Under the pieces are notes generated by a model. The model saw only the letters and a list, made by a program, of their open reading frames with translations, had not been told where the DNA came from and did no database searches. A program made the translations under genes and the position numbers. A DNA stretch of 64,000 bases from Minisyncoccota bacterium (GTDB lineage Bacteria; Patescibacteriota; Minisyncoccia; Phycocordibacterales; UBA918): NCBI GenBank assembly GCA_022841645.1, contig JALHRC010000001.1, positions 33,346 through 97,345 on the forward strand. Direction: 5' to 3'. This document shows positions 1 to 7,309 of this stretch, in pieces. The first letter of the stretch is position 1; each line of letters starts with the position of its first letter.

Positions 1-460
1 CAAACGAGGGGATGATAGCGATAAGACCCGCGTGATGTTCGCGCAGGAGCTCTTCATCAAGACGCGGCCGGTAGTAGAAACCTTCGATGTTGGAACGAGT
101 GACGAGCTTGATGAGGTTTTGGTATCCTTCGAAGTTTTTGGCGAGCAAGACCAGGCGTGAGCGTGGTTTGTCGATGCGGGTGTCTTTATCATGCCGGGTG
201 CGGGGGGCGAGGTGAGCGTCGAGCCCAATGATCGGCTTAATCTTTTCTTTGGTACAGGCCTTGTAGAAATCGATGGCACCGTACAGGGCACCGTTATCAG
301 TCAAGGCAAGCGCCGGCTGCCCGTCGCCTTTGGCGGCGTAGGCGAGCTCCTTGGGGGTAGGGAGCGCGTTTAAAAGGGAATAGTGCGAGTGGACGTGGAG
401 GTGGACGAAGGTGGCGGTGCTCCCGTCGGTCGTGGTGTCGGTCGTGGAGGTGTCGGCCAT
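1..460 (-). CDS. dnaE: DNA polymerase III alpha subunit DnaE, N-terminal PHP domain (5' portion only; gene continues beyond window start)
   Basis: Minus-strand reading from ATG at 458-460 gives MADTSTTDTTTDGSTATFVHLHVHSHYSLL...GALYGAIDFYKAC...KPIIGLDAH, the canonical DnaE PHP-domain N-terminus. No stop codon occurs before position 1. Confidence 0.7.
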   Translation of the reverse strand, partial: MADTSTTDTTTDGSTATFVHLHVHSHYSLLNALPTPKELAYAAKGDGQPALALTDNGALYGAIDFYKACTKEKIKPIIGLDAHLAPRTRHDKDTRIDKPRSRLVLLAKNFEGYQNLIKLVTRSNIEGFYYRPRLDEELLREHHAGLIAIIPSF

Positions 461-479
461 GGTCGGGACAGTATAGCAC

Positions 480-1019
480 TCACTCAGGTTTACAAAAAAG
501 ATCAGAATGCTTCAGGCTTTCCGGTGCAAGTCGCCTCATAACGAAAACTGCCAAACTCGCTTCGCTCAGACAGTGACAGTTTTCTATTCGGCTCTGTGCA
601 CCGTAGAAAGCCTTCTCGCAATGATCTTTTTTTGGTAAACCCTCGCTCGTGTGTGGAGAGCCCTAAAACTCGCTTCGCTCAGACAGTCGCATTTTACTAG
701 TCCGTCCAGAATGCCACGTCCGCTCTGCGGCGTGGATGAATGGACAAAAGAAAACGTAACGGCGGAGCCGTTTCTTCTGCTAGCAAAAACACCCGGATTC
801 CGCCCGCGTAATGCCCCGCCCTGTTCTGCCGCGGGGATAGCGTGGCGGATGTTTTTACTGCTCTGGCTCATTACCCATCATCAATTACTCCGCAATGACG
901 ATTTTCCGAGAGTGCTCGCTCGTGTGCGTGAAAAAGGTCGCTTCATCGAGACTGAGACATTCCCGTTTTCATATCGGGAGCGACCGGCAGCGCGTCCTGT
1001 GCAATGTCTTTCCCACCCG
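480..1019. repeat. Non-coding stretch with short dispersed direct repeats (aactcgcttcgctcagacagt x2 at ~553 and ~668; (c)cctcgctcgtgtg at ~641 and ~913)
   Basis: Repeats are visible by eye. The ORFs listed here (584..871, 651..1052) overlap each other on opposite strands and have no recognisable domains. Confidence 0.4.
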
Positions 1020-1547
1020 CTACTGCACCCGTTGGGGGGAAAGATCATTTAGATATTGGTCCACCTCCCTGTAGTTTTTTAGAATGATTGATTTTGAGCG
1101 GTATGTTTTTACAAATTCCCTCATATCCTTACCGTGCGTAAACGTTCGTTTAATTATTTGGTAGGTAAATTTCATGTCTTCCCACCTAGTAATTTCTGGA
1201 TGTCTGTTAGTTCGAAAAACTCTCCGTACGTGATTTATTAACCTCCGCCACAAAGGTATATCGAGAAATACAATGATGTCCGCCTGTTCGGCAATTAGAG
1301 GCTGTACTCTGGAATACCAACCCTCAGAAACCCAGTCAGTATTTTTTTCTAAAAAACATTCGACGCCTAGACGAATCTTTTCACGAACACCAGCTCTACC
1401 GTCACTGTCGTCGCGTTTAAATGTATGACCGCCATTTTCAAACCAGAGTCGATCAAGTTGTAAATGCGGAATCTTATGACACTGACTAATTTTTTGAGCG
1501 AGCGTCGTCTTGCCGCTACCACAATTTCCTATGATAGTAATTTTCAT
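1020..1547 (-). CDS. P-loop NTPase, adenylate-kinase-like / topology-modulation (FlaR-like) family
   Basis: 175 aa with N-terminal Walker A motif IIGNCGSGKTTLA. Its start lies only 20 nt from the divergent rnhB start. Confidence 0.55.
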   Translation of the reverse strand: MKITIIGNCGSGKTTLAQKISQCHKIPHLQLDRLWFENGGHTFKRDDSDGRAGVREKIRLGVECFLEKNTDWVSEGWYSRVQPLIAEQADIIVFLDIPLWRRLINHVRRVFRTNRHPEITRWEDMKFTYQIIKRTFTHGKDMREFVKTYRSKSIILKNYREVDQYLNDLSPQRVQ

Positions 1548-1566
1548 TTGCTACTATTGTATCAAT

Positions 1567-2214
1567 ATGCAGTGGCTCATCGGTATCGACGAAGTGGGGC
1601 GGGGGCCTTTGGCGGGGCCAGTGATGGTCGGGGTGGTGGCCGTTCCTGTTGATTTTGATTGGACGTTGTTGCCTGGAGTTACTGATAGTAAAAAGCTGTC
1701 GGAAAAGCGGCGGGAAGCAATTTACAAAAATGCAAATGATTTGCAAGGTCAGGGGAAGCTTATATATAGGGTTGCGGGTGAGTCGGCGCAGGTGATTGAC
1801 GAAATCGGCATCGTTCCTGCTATTAAGCTTGCGCTTGAACGAGCGCTTGGCGAAGTGATGGAGCAAGTACAAATTTCCCCGAGGACCGACCTCGGGATAA
1901 AAAACCCGAGGTCGGTCCTCGGGTTTGACGGTGTGTTGGTGAAGCTCGACGGTGGTTTGGTGGCACCTCCCGAATACGTACATCAGGAGACAATTATCAA
2001 GGGGGATGGCAGCGAGCCGGTAATTGGTCTTGCGTCCATCGTGGCCAAGGTGACGCGTGATCGGGAAATGGTGCGGTTGTCGAGCGAGTACTCTGGGTAT
2101 GACTTGGATGTACATAAGGGGTATGGGACGGCGGCGCACTGCGCAGCGGTGCGCCGCCTCGGCCTTTCTCCGCTGCATCGGCGTAGCTTCTGTCGTAACC
2201 TAGTAGCGCGTTAG
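1567..2214 (+). CDS. rnhB: Ribonuclease HII
   Basis: MQWLIGIDEVGRGPLAGPVMVGVVAV... is the typical RNase HII N-terminus with the DEVGRG motif. The start was taken at the internal ATG 1567 rather than the ORF-track start 1510. Confidence 0.85.
   Translation: MQWLIGIDEVGRGPLAGPVMVGVVAVPVDFDWTLLPGVTDSKKLSEKRREAIYKNANDLQGQGKLIYRVAGESAQVIDEIGIVPAIKLALERALGEVMEQVQISPRTDLGIKNPRSVLGFDGVLVKLDGGLVAPPEYVHQETIIKGDGSEPVIGLASIVAKVTRDREMVRLSSEYSGYDLDVHKGYGTAAHCAAVRRLGLSPLHRRSFCRNLVAR
1877..1923. repeat. Palindromic mini-element (RPE-like) inserted in-frame inside rnhB
   Basis: ccccgaggaccgacctcggg-ataaaaaa-cccgaggtcggtcctcggg: two perfectly complementary 19-20-nt arms. It translates in the rnhB frame as ...SPRTDLGIKNPRSVLG.... 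A second copy sits in prmC (36607..36650). Confidence 0.7.
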
Positions 2215-2221
2215 ACACCGT

Positions 2222-2600
2222 GAGGTGGTTGACGAAGGGAAAGCGGGCGTAGTACGGTTACCTCATTCTCGCGGTTGGCGCGAGGGGTTCTTCAGGGAAG
2301 GGGGTTCCTGTGGGAGAGATCGTTGTTCCGGCTGGTAAGCAGTGCGCTGCCGTTTGCTCGTGTGCGTTTCCGCGCGACGGATCTGCCTGTTCGAAAGGAA
2401 TACCTGGGTTGGTTCCACCCGAATGTGATGGCTTCCTTCCTTTCGATTTCGGCCGTGGGGTGTGTCGCGTAGGCTGCAGCTGGGAATCGCAACCCGTTCC
2501 AGTGGTTGGTCGGCGCGCGATCGAGGCTGGCCGCCAATAGGGTTCAATCAACCCAAAATTAGATGGCCGACGGGAATTCCCCCGTCGGCGTTGGTGTTTT
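2222..2600 (+). ncRNA. Candidate structured non-coding RNA (possibly RNase P RNA); identity unresolved
   Basis: A ~380-nt G+C-rich block with no credible ORF; the track ORFs here overlap in all six frames. It has many local helices. Segments AGGGAAGGGGGUUCC (~2294) and GGAAUCGCAACCCGUUCC (~2481) could form a P4-like GGGUU/AACCC pairing. It ends in a strong hairpin plus T-run. Confidence 0.25.
2566..2600 (+). terminator. Rho-independent terminator-like hairpin + T-run
   Basis: gccgacggg-aattcc-cccgtcggc (9-bp stem) followed by gttggtgtttt. Confidence 0.55.
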
Positions 2601-2740
2601 AGGAGTTTAATTATCCACCTGGGTACGGCACTCATTCGGTTGACAGTGAAGGCTTTTGTATACTATGGTGTGCTTTGGCCTCGCGATTTTTGTTAGTGAG
2701 GTATACGATCTTTCATTTTTTCAAGGGGGGGGGTAGCCAA

Positions 2741-2953
2741 GTGCCTAAGCAAGATTACGAGCCGCCAGTTGGTCTTCCGTGTCAGCGAAATTGTGTACGT
2801 GCAGGAAAAGATGCCTGTGTGCATGGGAAGCACTACGCTCCTGATAACGGCATGATCACTGAGAAGTGCGTGGGAGCATACTATCCCCAGTACGTTCTTG
2901 AGATGGGGCTTGTCACTGTCGCACGTAAGACACAGCCGCTCGCGGCTGACTGA
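2741..2953 (+). CDS. Small Cys-containing hypothetical protein upstream of rpmF (YceD/DUF177-like position)
   Basis: GTG at 2741 is preceded by the G-rich SD-like tract aaggggggggg. It encodes 70 aa (MPKQDYEPPVGLPCQRNCVRAGKDACVHGKHY...) with 4 Cys. The longer ORF-track version (2675) starts at TTG. Confidence 0.3.
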   Translation: MPKQDYEPPVGLPCQRNCVRAGKDACVHGKHYAPDNGMITEKCVGAYYPQYVLEMGLVTVARKTQPLAAD

Positions 2954-3033
2954 ATGCAGCCGATGCGCCCGCGGGGGAACCCCTCCCGCGGCGCTTTGCT
3001 TTTTTATACAAAGCTGCTATAGTAGCGCCCATT

Positions 3034-3294
3034 ATGGTAGTCCGAATGCGTCATACAAGCGGTCAAACCCGCAGCCGCCGTTCCCACCACGCGCTTGAGG
3101 CGACAGCCCTCGCGGTGTGCAAGAACTGTGGTGCAGAGCACCGCCCGCACCACATGTGCCTTAGTTGTGGTTTTTATAAGGGTCGGGTAGTAATTGATCT
3201 CCTCGCGAAGAAGAAAGCCCGTGAGGCGCGCCTCGCAGAGAAGCGGGCCATCATCCGTGGGGATGAAGCGTCTCCCGTTACCGAAGAGAAATAA
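3034..3294 (+). CDS. rpmF: 50S ribosomal protein L32 (with C-terminal extension)
   Basis: MVVRMRHTSGQTRSRRSHHAL...C..CG..H..H.C..CG.Y matches the L32 consensus (M.VRMRHT.G.TRSRRSHHAL.) and its zinc ribbon. Confidence 0.85.
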   Translation: MVVRMRHTSGQTRSRRSHHALEATALAVCKNCGAEHRPHHMCLSCGFYKGRVVIDLLAKKKAREARLAEKRAIIRGDEASPVTEEK

Positions 3295-3305
3295 GTATTC
3301 ACAAG

Positions 3306-3332
3306 AAACCCCGCTCTCCGCGGGGTTTGTGG
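3306..3332 (+). terminator. Rho-independent terminator after rpmF
   Basis: aaaccccgc-tctcc-gcgggg followed by tttgtgg. Confidence 0.6.
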
Positions 3333-3402
3333 ATTGTAGTAGGTGACATCGTAACTGCGTGGTACAGTGGATGGCAGCAGAAGCTAGGTACATCCTTAAT
3401 AT

Positions 3403-4305
3403 ATGGCGAATCGGCACCTTTCCCGCAGCATCGTTCTTCAAACCCTCTTTGAGGGCGATCTAGGTGCTCTCGATCGCAGTGCTTTCAACGAAGTATTGAA
3501 TCGCAACGTTAATGAGTTTGCTCCTAACAAAGCCGATTTTCCTTTTATGGAGCGGCTCCTCGATGGAATTTTAGGGAAGCAGTCGGAGCTTGATTTAGTG
3601 ATCTCGAAGGCTGCACCCGAGTGGCCGCTTGAGCGTATTTCGCCGGTCGACCGGAATATTTTGCGTCTCGGCCTCTACGAGCTCCTCTTTTCCGAGCGTA
3701 GTGAAGTGCCGGCGAAAGTGGCCATCAACGAAGCGATTGAACTAGCAAAGCAATTTGGTGGAGAAAATAGTAGCCGGTTTGTAAACGGCGTACTAGGTGC
3801 TGTCTATAAGGAGATTGGTGAACCAGGGAAAGAAGAGATCAGTAAGCGGAAGAAGAAAGAAGTCCCGTTTGATCAAATGCCGATCGAGCGCCTCGCTGGA
3901 GCAGTGGTGTACGCCGAAGAAGACGGGGTGATGTACCTGGCGCTGGTCCATGACATTTTTGGTCACTGGACCCTCAGCAAGAGCAAGGTGCAGCCGGAGG
4001 AGACGGTGGAAGAGGGAGCCACACGCGCCCTTAAAGAGGAAATGGGCCTCCCGGTTACCATTGAGGCGGAGCTGGGGCACAACGAATACGTGGCTTCGCA
4101 GCCTGAAAAAGGAAAGGTGCGGAAGCAGGTCCACTACTTCTTGGCCCACGCCCCGTACCAAGACGTAACGTTGGCTAAAAAAGGTGGTCTCGACGATGCT
4201 AAGTGGTTTAAAGTAGCCGACATCCTAGAGCTCAATTTCTATGAAGATATTTTGCCAATTGTGACCAAGGCCGTCACGATGCTCGTTGGCAAAAAGAGTA
4301 AATAG
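3403..4305 (+). CDS. nusB: NusB antitermination domain fused to a C-terminal NUDIX hydrolase domain
   Basis: N-terminal part ...[36 protein letters not shown] is near-identical in pattern to E. coli NusB ([33 protein letters not shown]). After a KRKKKE linker the C-terminal part carries a NUDIX box, [30 protein letters not shown] (Gx5Ex7REuxEExGu). Confidence 0.8.
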   Translation: [300 protein letters not shown]

Positions 4306-5051
4306 TGCTAGGCTCACTGCCGTTACTAGCCTCCTATCCTGTTATGGAAGACCGCAATCCTGAGATTGATCTCGCTGCTCTTATGGACCTCGTCGAGGCG
4401 CGTTTTAATGATCCGACCCTTCTTCTCTCGGCAGTCACTCACCGTTCGTATCTTAACGAACATCGCGAAGCGACTTGGGAACACAACGAACGGCTGGAGT
4501 TTTTAGGCGATGCTGTTCTCGAGCTCGTGGTCACCGATTTTCTGTTTACTACTTATAGAGATAAGCCTGAAGGAGAGCTTACTGCTATTCGTGCTGCGCT
4601 CGTTAATACTGTGTCACTTGCGATTGCTTCGGAAGAACTGGGCATCAACAAGTTTCTCCTCATGTCGAAAGGCGAGGCCAAAGACGAAGGTCGGGCCCGG
4701 CAGTATATTTTGGCGAACGTCTTTGAAGCAATTATAGGCGCGCTGTATCTCGACCAGGGTTTTACCGCAGCGCGTGCCTTCATTGCGCCCCGTCTCTTTA
4801 AACACACGCAAGAGATTGTTGATAAACGCCTTTGGCAAGACCCTAAGAGTCGTTTCCAGGAACTAGCGCAGGAAAAGGCCTCTATCACGCCCACCTACGA
4901 AACCATGGCCCAAGAAGGTCCCGACCACGACCGGGTGTTTACTATCGGTGTATTTCTACGTCACGAGAAGGTAGCGGAAGGCAAGGGGCGCTCCAAGCAA
5001 GAAGCGGAGCAGCAAGCCGCTGAACGGGCGATTGCAGCGAAGGGGTGGTAG
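4305..5051 (+). CDS. rnc: Ribonuclease III
   Basis: Signature ERLEFLGDAVLELVVTDFLF and a C-terminal dsRBD. The ORF starts at GTG 4305, overlapping the nusB stop. An alternative ATG lies at 4344. Confidence 0.85.
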   Translation: MLGSLPLLASYPVMEDRNPEIDLAALMDLVEARFNDPTLLLSAVTHRSYLNEHREATWEHNERLEFLGDAVLELVVTDFLFTTYRDKPEGELTAIRAALVNTVSLAIASEELGINKFLLMSKGEAKDEGRARQYILANVFEAIIGALYLDQGFTAARAFIAPRLFKHTQEIVDKRLWQDPKSRFQELAQEKASITPTYETMAQEGPDHDRVFTIGVFLRHEKVAEGKGRSKQEAEQQAAERAIAAKGW

Positions 5052-5145
5052 TTAGTTGTCCATAGAAGTAGAGGGAGAATATTTTGAAAACAATGCACGC
5101 ACGACCCCGCCTCTCTCGGGGTCGTGCGTGGTACACTTTGATTGT

Positions 5146-6069
5146 ATGGAAGCGTTCTTACGCCGCCGGTCTACTCGTATTGGCCTACCACCCTACCACC
5201 GTGGTTTTACGCTGGTGGAAATTCTCGTGGTTGTGGCCATTATCAGCATATTGGCATCAGTGGTGGCCATATACTCTCTCCAGAGCGGTAGAGTTTCGCG
5301 TGATGCGCAACGTCAGGCTGACTTGCGCGAGATGCAAGCGGCAGTCGAGCTCTATAAGCAGCGGCATGGTCGATATCCGGAAGCATGTGGCAGTCCGCCA
5401 AGAGTTGCTCCGCAATGGGCCGGAGAAATTCTGGGTCCCCATGAGTGTTTTACAACTGGCGCTACAGCTACCCGGACACCCCAGTACATAGTAGGTGCGA
5501 ACGGTCGATGGTTTACTGATTTCATGGATCGTCTTCCAAGTGATCCGGCGCGCGGCTCCGGGGAAGGGTATGCCTATATGACCAATGCTGAAGGTACCGT
5601 CTACAAAATCATTGCGATGAATACGGTGGAGAGTGAGGTTGTGTCAGTAAGTCATCCTCTAAAAAGTTGTGATGTAAAACCAGATGAACTCGGCTCAAAT
5701 ATAGATATTCGTATTGTAGGATTGTGCGGAGCGCGCCCTTCAGGAGGCACTGCGGCAATGATCACTACAGCGGATGATTGTCATCCAGAAGGTACTCTTA
5801 CTAATGATCGTTTTGAGACAAGCTATGCCGTATGGGGAGGATTTGCCCCTGTCTTGGCTGATGGAGATACCGGCAATTCTGGTGGTTGTCGAAGCATTAG
5901 CGGAACAGTGACTTGCCTTCACCCAAACCCTCCGGACGCCAGAGCTGATTCTCTTAATGTGTTTATGAATTGGTCGAACAAAGCCACTACCACTATATCT
6001 CAGGAAAATAACGCCAATATCGTGCGAGTCCGCGGTTTGAGACATACTACTGATGTTATATGCAGTTAA
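5146..6069 (+). CDS. Type IV pilin/pseudopilin-like protein (prepilin N-terminal cleavage/methylation domain)
   Basis: Leader MEAFLRRRSTRIGLPPYHRG then G^FTLVEILVVVAIISILA (Phe at +1, Glu at +5). Shares a conserved ELYKQRHGRYP..CGSP block with the downstream paralogs. Confidence 0.75.
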   Translation: MEAFLRRRSTRIGLPPYHRGFTLVEILVVVAIISILASVVAIYSLQSGRVSRDAQRQADLREMQAAVELYKQRHGRYPEACGSPPRVAPQWAGEILGPHECFTTGATATRTPQYIVGANGRWFTDFMDRLPSDPARGSGEGYAYMTNAEGTVYKIIAMNTVESEVVSVSHPLKSCDVKPDELGSNIDIRIVGLCGARPSGGTAAMITTADDCHPEGTLTNDRFETSYAVWGGFAPVLADGDTGNSGGCRSISGTVTCLHPNPPDARADSLNVFMNWSNKATTTISQENNANIVRVRGLRHTTDVICS

Positions 6070-6650
6070 CTTTCCCCATTTGCCACCTTAAGCGCAGTCC
6101 CACAGCCGGTGGATTTACCTTAATTGAAATCCTTGTCGTTGTAACTCTTATCGGCATACTGGCGTCTATTGTTATAGTGAATCTAAGTAATGCGCGGGAG
6201 CAGAGCCAGATTGCCCGCGCTACCGAAGAGCTAAAAAACATTGAACAAGCTTTTCGTTTGTATCGCAACGAAACGGGTCGTATGCCACCAGGGAGTGATC
6301 ATTGTTCTTTGTGTGGTTGGGGTGGGTGGGCCGATCCTGCACCTAGCGAGTCTACTAAGGCTGCGTGGAGAGCTGCCTGGACTGATGTTGCTACTGATGT
6401 TAATGGTGTAACGGGTACTCGCTTACCTGAAAACGATCCGTGGGGAAATTACTACGCCTACGATAACAATTATTTAGTGACCAATGCTCAGGGTACTGAG
6501 GCTCCTAGTATCGTGTGTAGTGTGGGTCCAAATGGCACGCTTGATACCTGGAGGGACGCTGCCACACCGCTTGATGTTGATACACGGAAAGACGTGCTGG
6601 TCGATGACATTTGTATTTTCTTTGATGAGCCAGACGATAGTGACAGTTAA
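6060..6650 (+). CDS. Type IV pilin/pseudopilin-like protein
   Basis: AGG^FTLIEILVVVTLIGILASIV prepilin motif and a GspG-like NAREQ...L..A..LYRNETGRMP block. Confidence 0.75.
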   Translation: MQLTFPICHLKRSPTAGGFTLIEILVVVTLIGILASIVIVNLSNAREQSQIARATEELKNIEQAFRLYRNETGRMPPGSDHCSLCGWGGWADPAPSESTKAAWRAAWTDVATDVNGVTGTRLPENDPWGNYYAYDNNYLVTNAQGTEAPSIVCSVGPNGTLDTWRDAATPLDVDTRKDVLVDDICIFFDEPDDSDS

Positions 6651-6701
6651 GGGGAATAAGGTTACCGAGTAGCCTTGGCCAGCGTGGTAGCATACGGGTG
6701 T

Positions 6702-7304
6702 ATGCAAGCAGGTATGATTCGACTAGAGCGAGGCTTTTCATTGGTGGAATTACTTGTCGCCATTACGATAATGGGAATCTTGCTATCGCTCATTTATGTT
6801 AATTTCCAGCAGTCGCGGGCGAGTACACGCGATAAGATTCGTCAGACGACGCTCGCCGATTTGAAGCTCGCTATTGAACAGTATCGCGCTCAGACGGGTG
6901 CGTATCCAGTGCAGGGATGCGGTAGTCCTGATGAATGGGTGACTAGCGATAGCATACCGTCTGATTGGGAAGTTGATATTGGTGCGGCGGCGGAGAAGTG
7001 CACTTCCGGCACTGACTTTATTGCCGGATTAGTGCCCTCATACATTCAATCCCTTCCCAATCCCGCGCGAGCAGAAGGACGGCAGTTCTATTACCGCACT
7101 GACACTGATCGTACGGCCTACAAGCTGATTGTCTACGACGCGGTGGAAGTGTCGCGTAATTACATCGCATCATTTAACGATCGTTTTGCACCCTGCCCAC
7201 CGCAGGCAGCCGGAGGTGGAAGTCCATTTTGCGCGGGTGTTGTTGGGGTTCCTAATGAAAACCGCACCTATGCAGTCTATTCCCCTGGGGCTGAAGGTTG
7301 GTAA
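6702..7304 (+). CDS. Type IV pilin/pseudopilin-like protein
   Basis: RG^FSLVELLVAITIMGIL and EQYRAQTGAYPVQGCGSP. The start was taken at internal ATG 6702. Confidence 0.7.
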   Translation: MQAGMIRLERGFSLVELLVAITIMGILLSLIYVNFQQSRASTRDKIRQTTLADLKLAIEQYRAQTGAYPVQGCGSPDEWVTSDSIPSDWEVDIGAAAEKCTSGTDFIAGLVPSYIQSLPNPARAEGRQFYYRTDTDRTAYKLIVYDAVEVSRNYIASFNDRFAPCPPQAAGGGSPFCAGVVGVPNENRTYAVYSPGAEGW

Positions 7305-7309
7305 TTGGT

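Noticed and set aside
553-690. Possible CRISPR array (22-nt repeat seen twice)
   Set aside because: Only two copies with ~115-nt spacing, no regular repeat-spacer periodicity, and no cas genes.
584-1052. ORFs 584..871 (-) and 651..1052 (+) in the dnaE-downstream spacer
   Set aside because: They overlap each other on opposite strands within a repeat-containing region, with no RBS or domain signal. Treated as non-coding.
2535-2560. tRNA-like T-arm (gggttcaatcaaccc)
   Set aside because: No matching acceptor/anticodon stems could be built around it. More likely part of the larger structured region.
2258-2635. Six overlapping 60-125-aa ORFs in all frames downstream of rnhB
   Set aside because: Mutually exclusive, Arg/Pro-rich, no SD. 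The pattern is typical of a G+C-rich structured RNA rather than protein genes.
2640-2664. TTGACA ... TATACT as a promoter for the small Cys-protein gene
   Set aside because: Spacing between the hexamers is only 13 nt (15 nt if TACTAT is used as -10), which is outside the usual 16-18-nt window. Kept only as promoter-like.
5056-5145. Upstream 30-codon extension of the first pilin ORF
   Set aside because: Prepilin leaders are short and basic. The internal ATG at 5146 gives a 20-aa leader ending in G^F, whereas the longer form adds an acidic segment atypical for class III signals.
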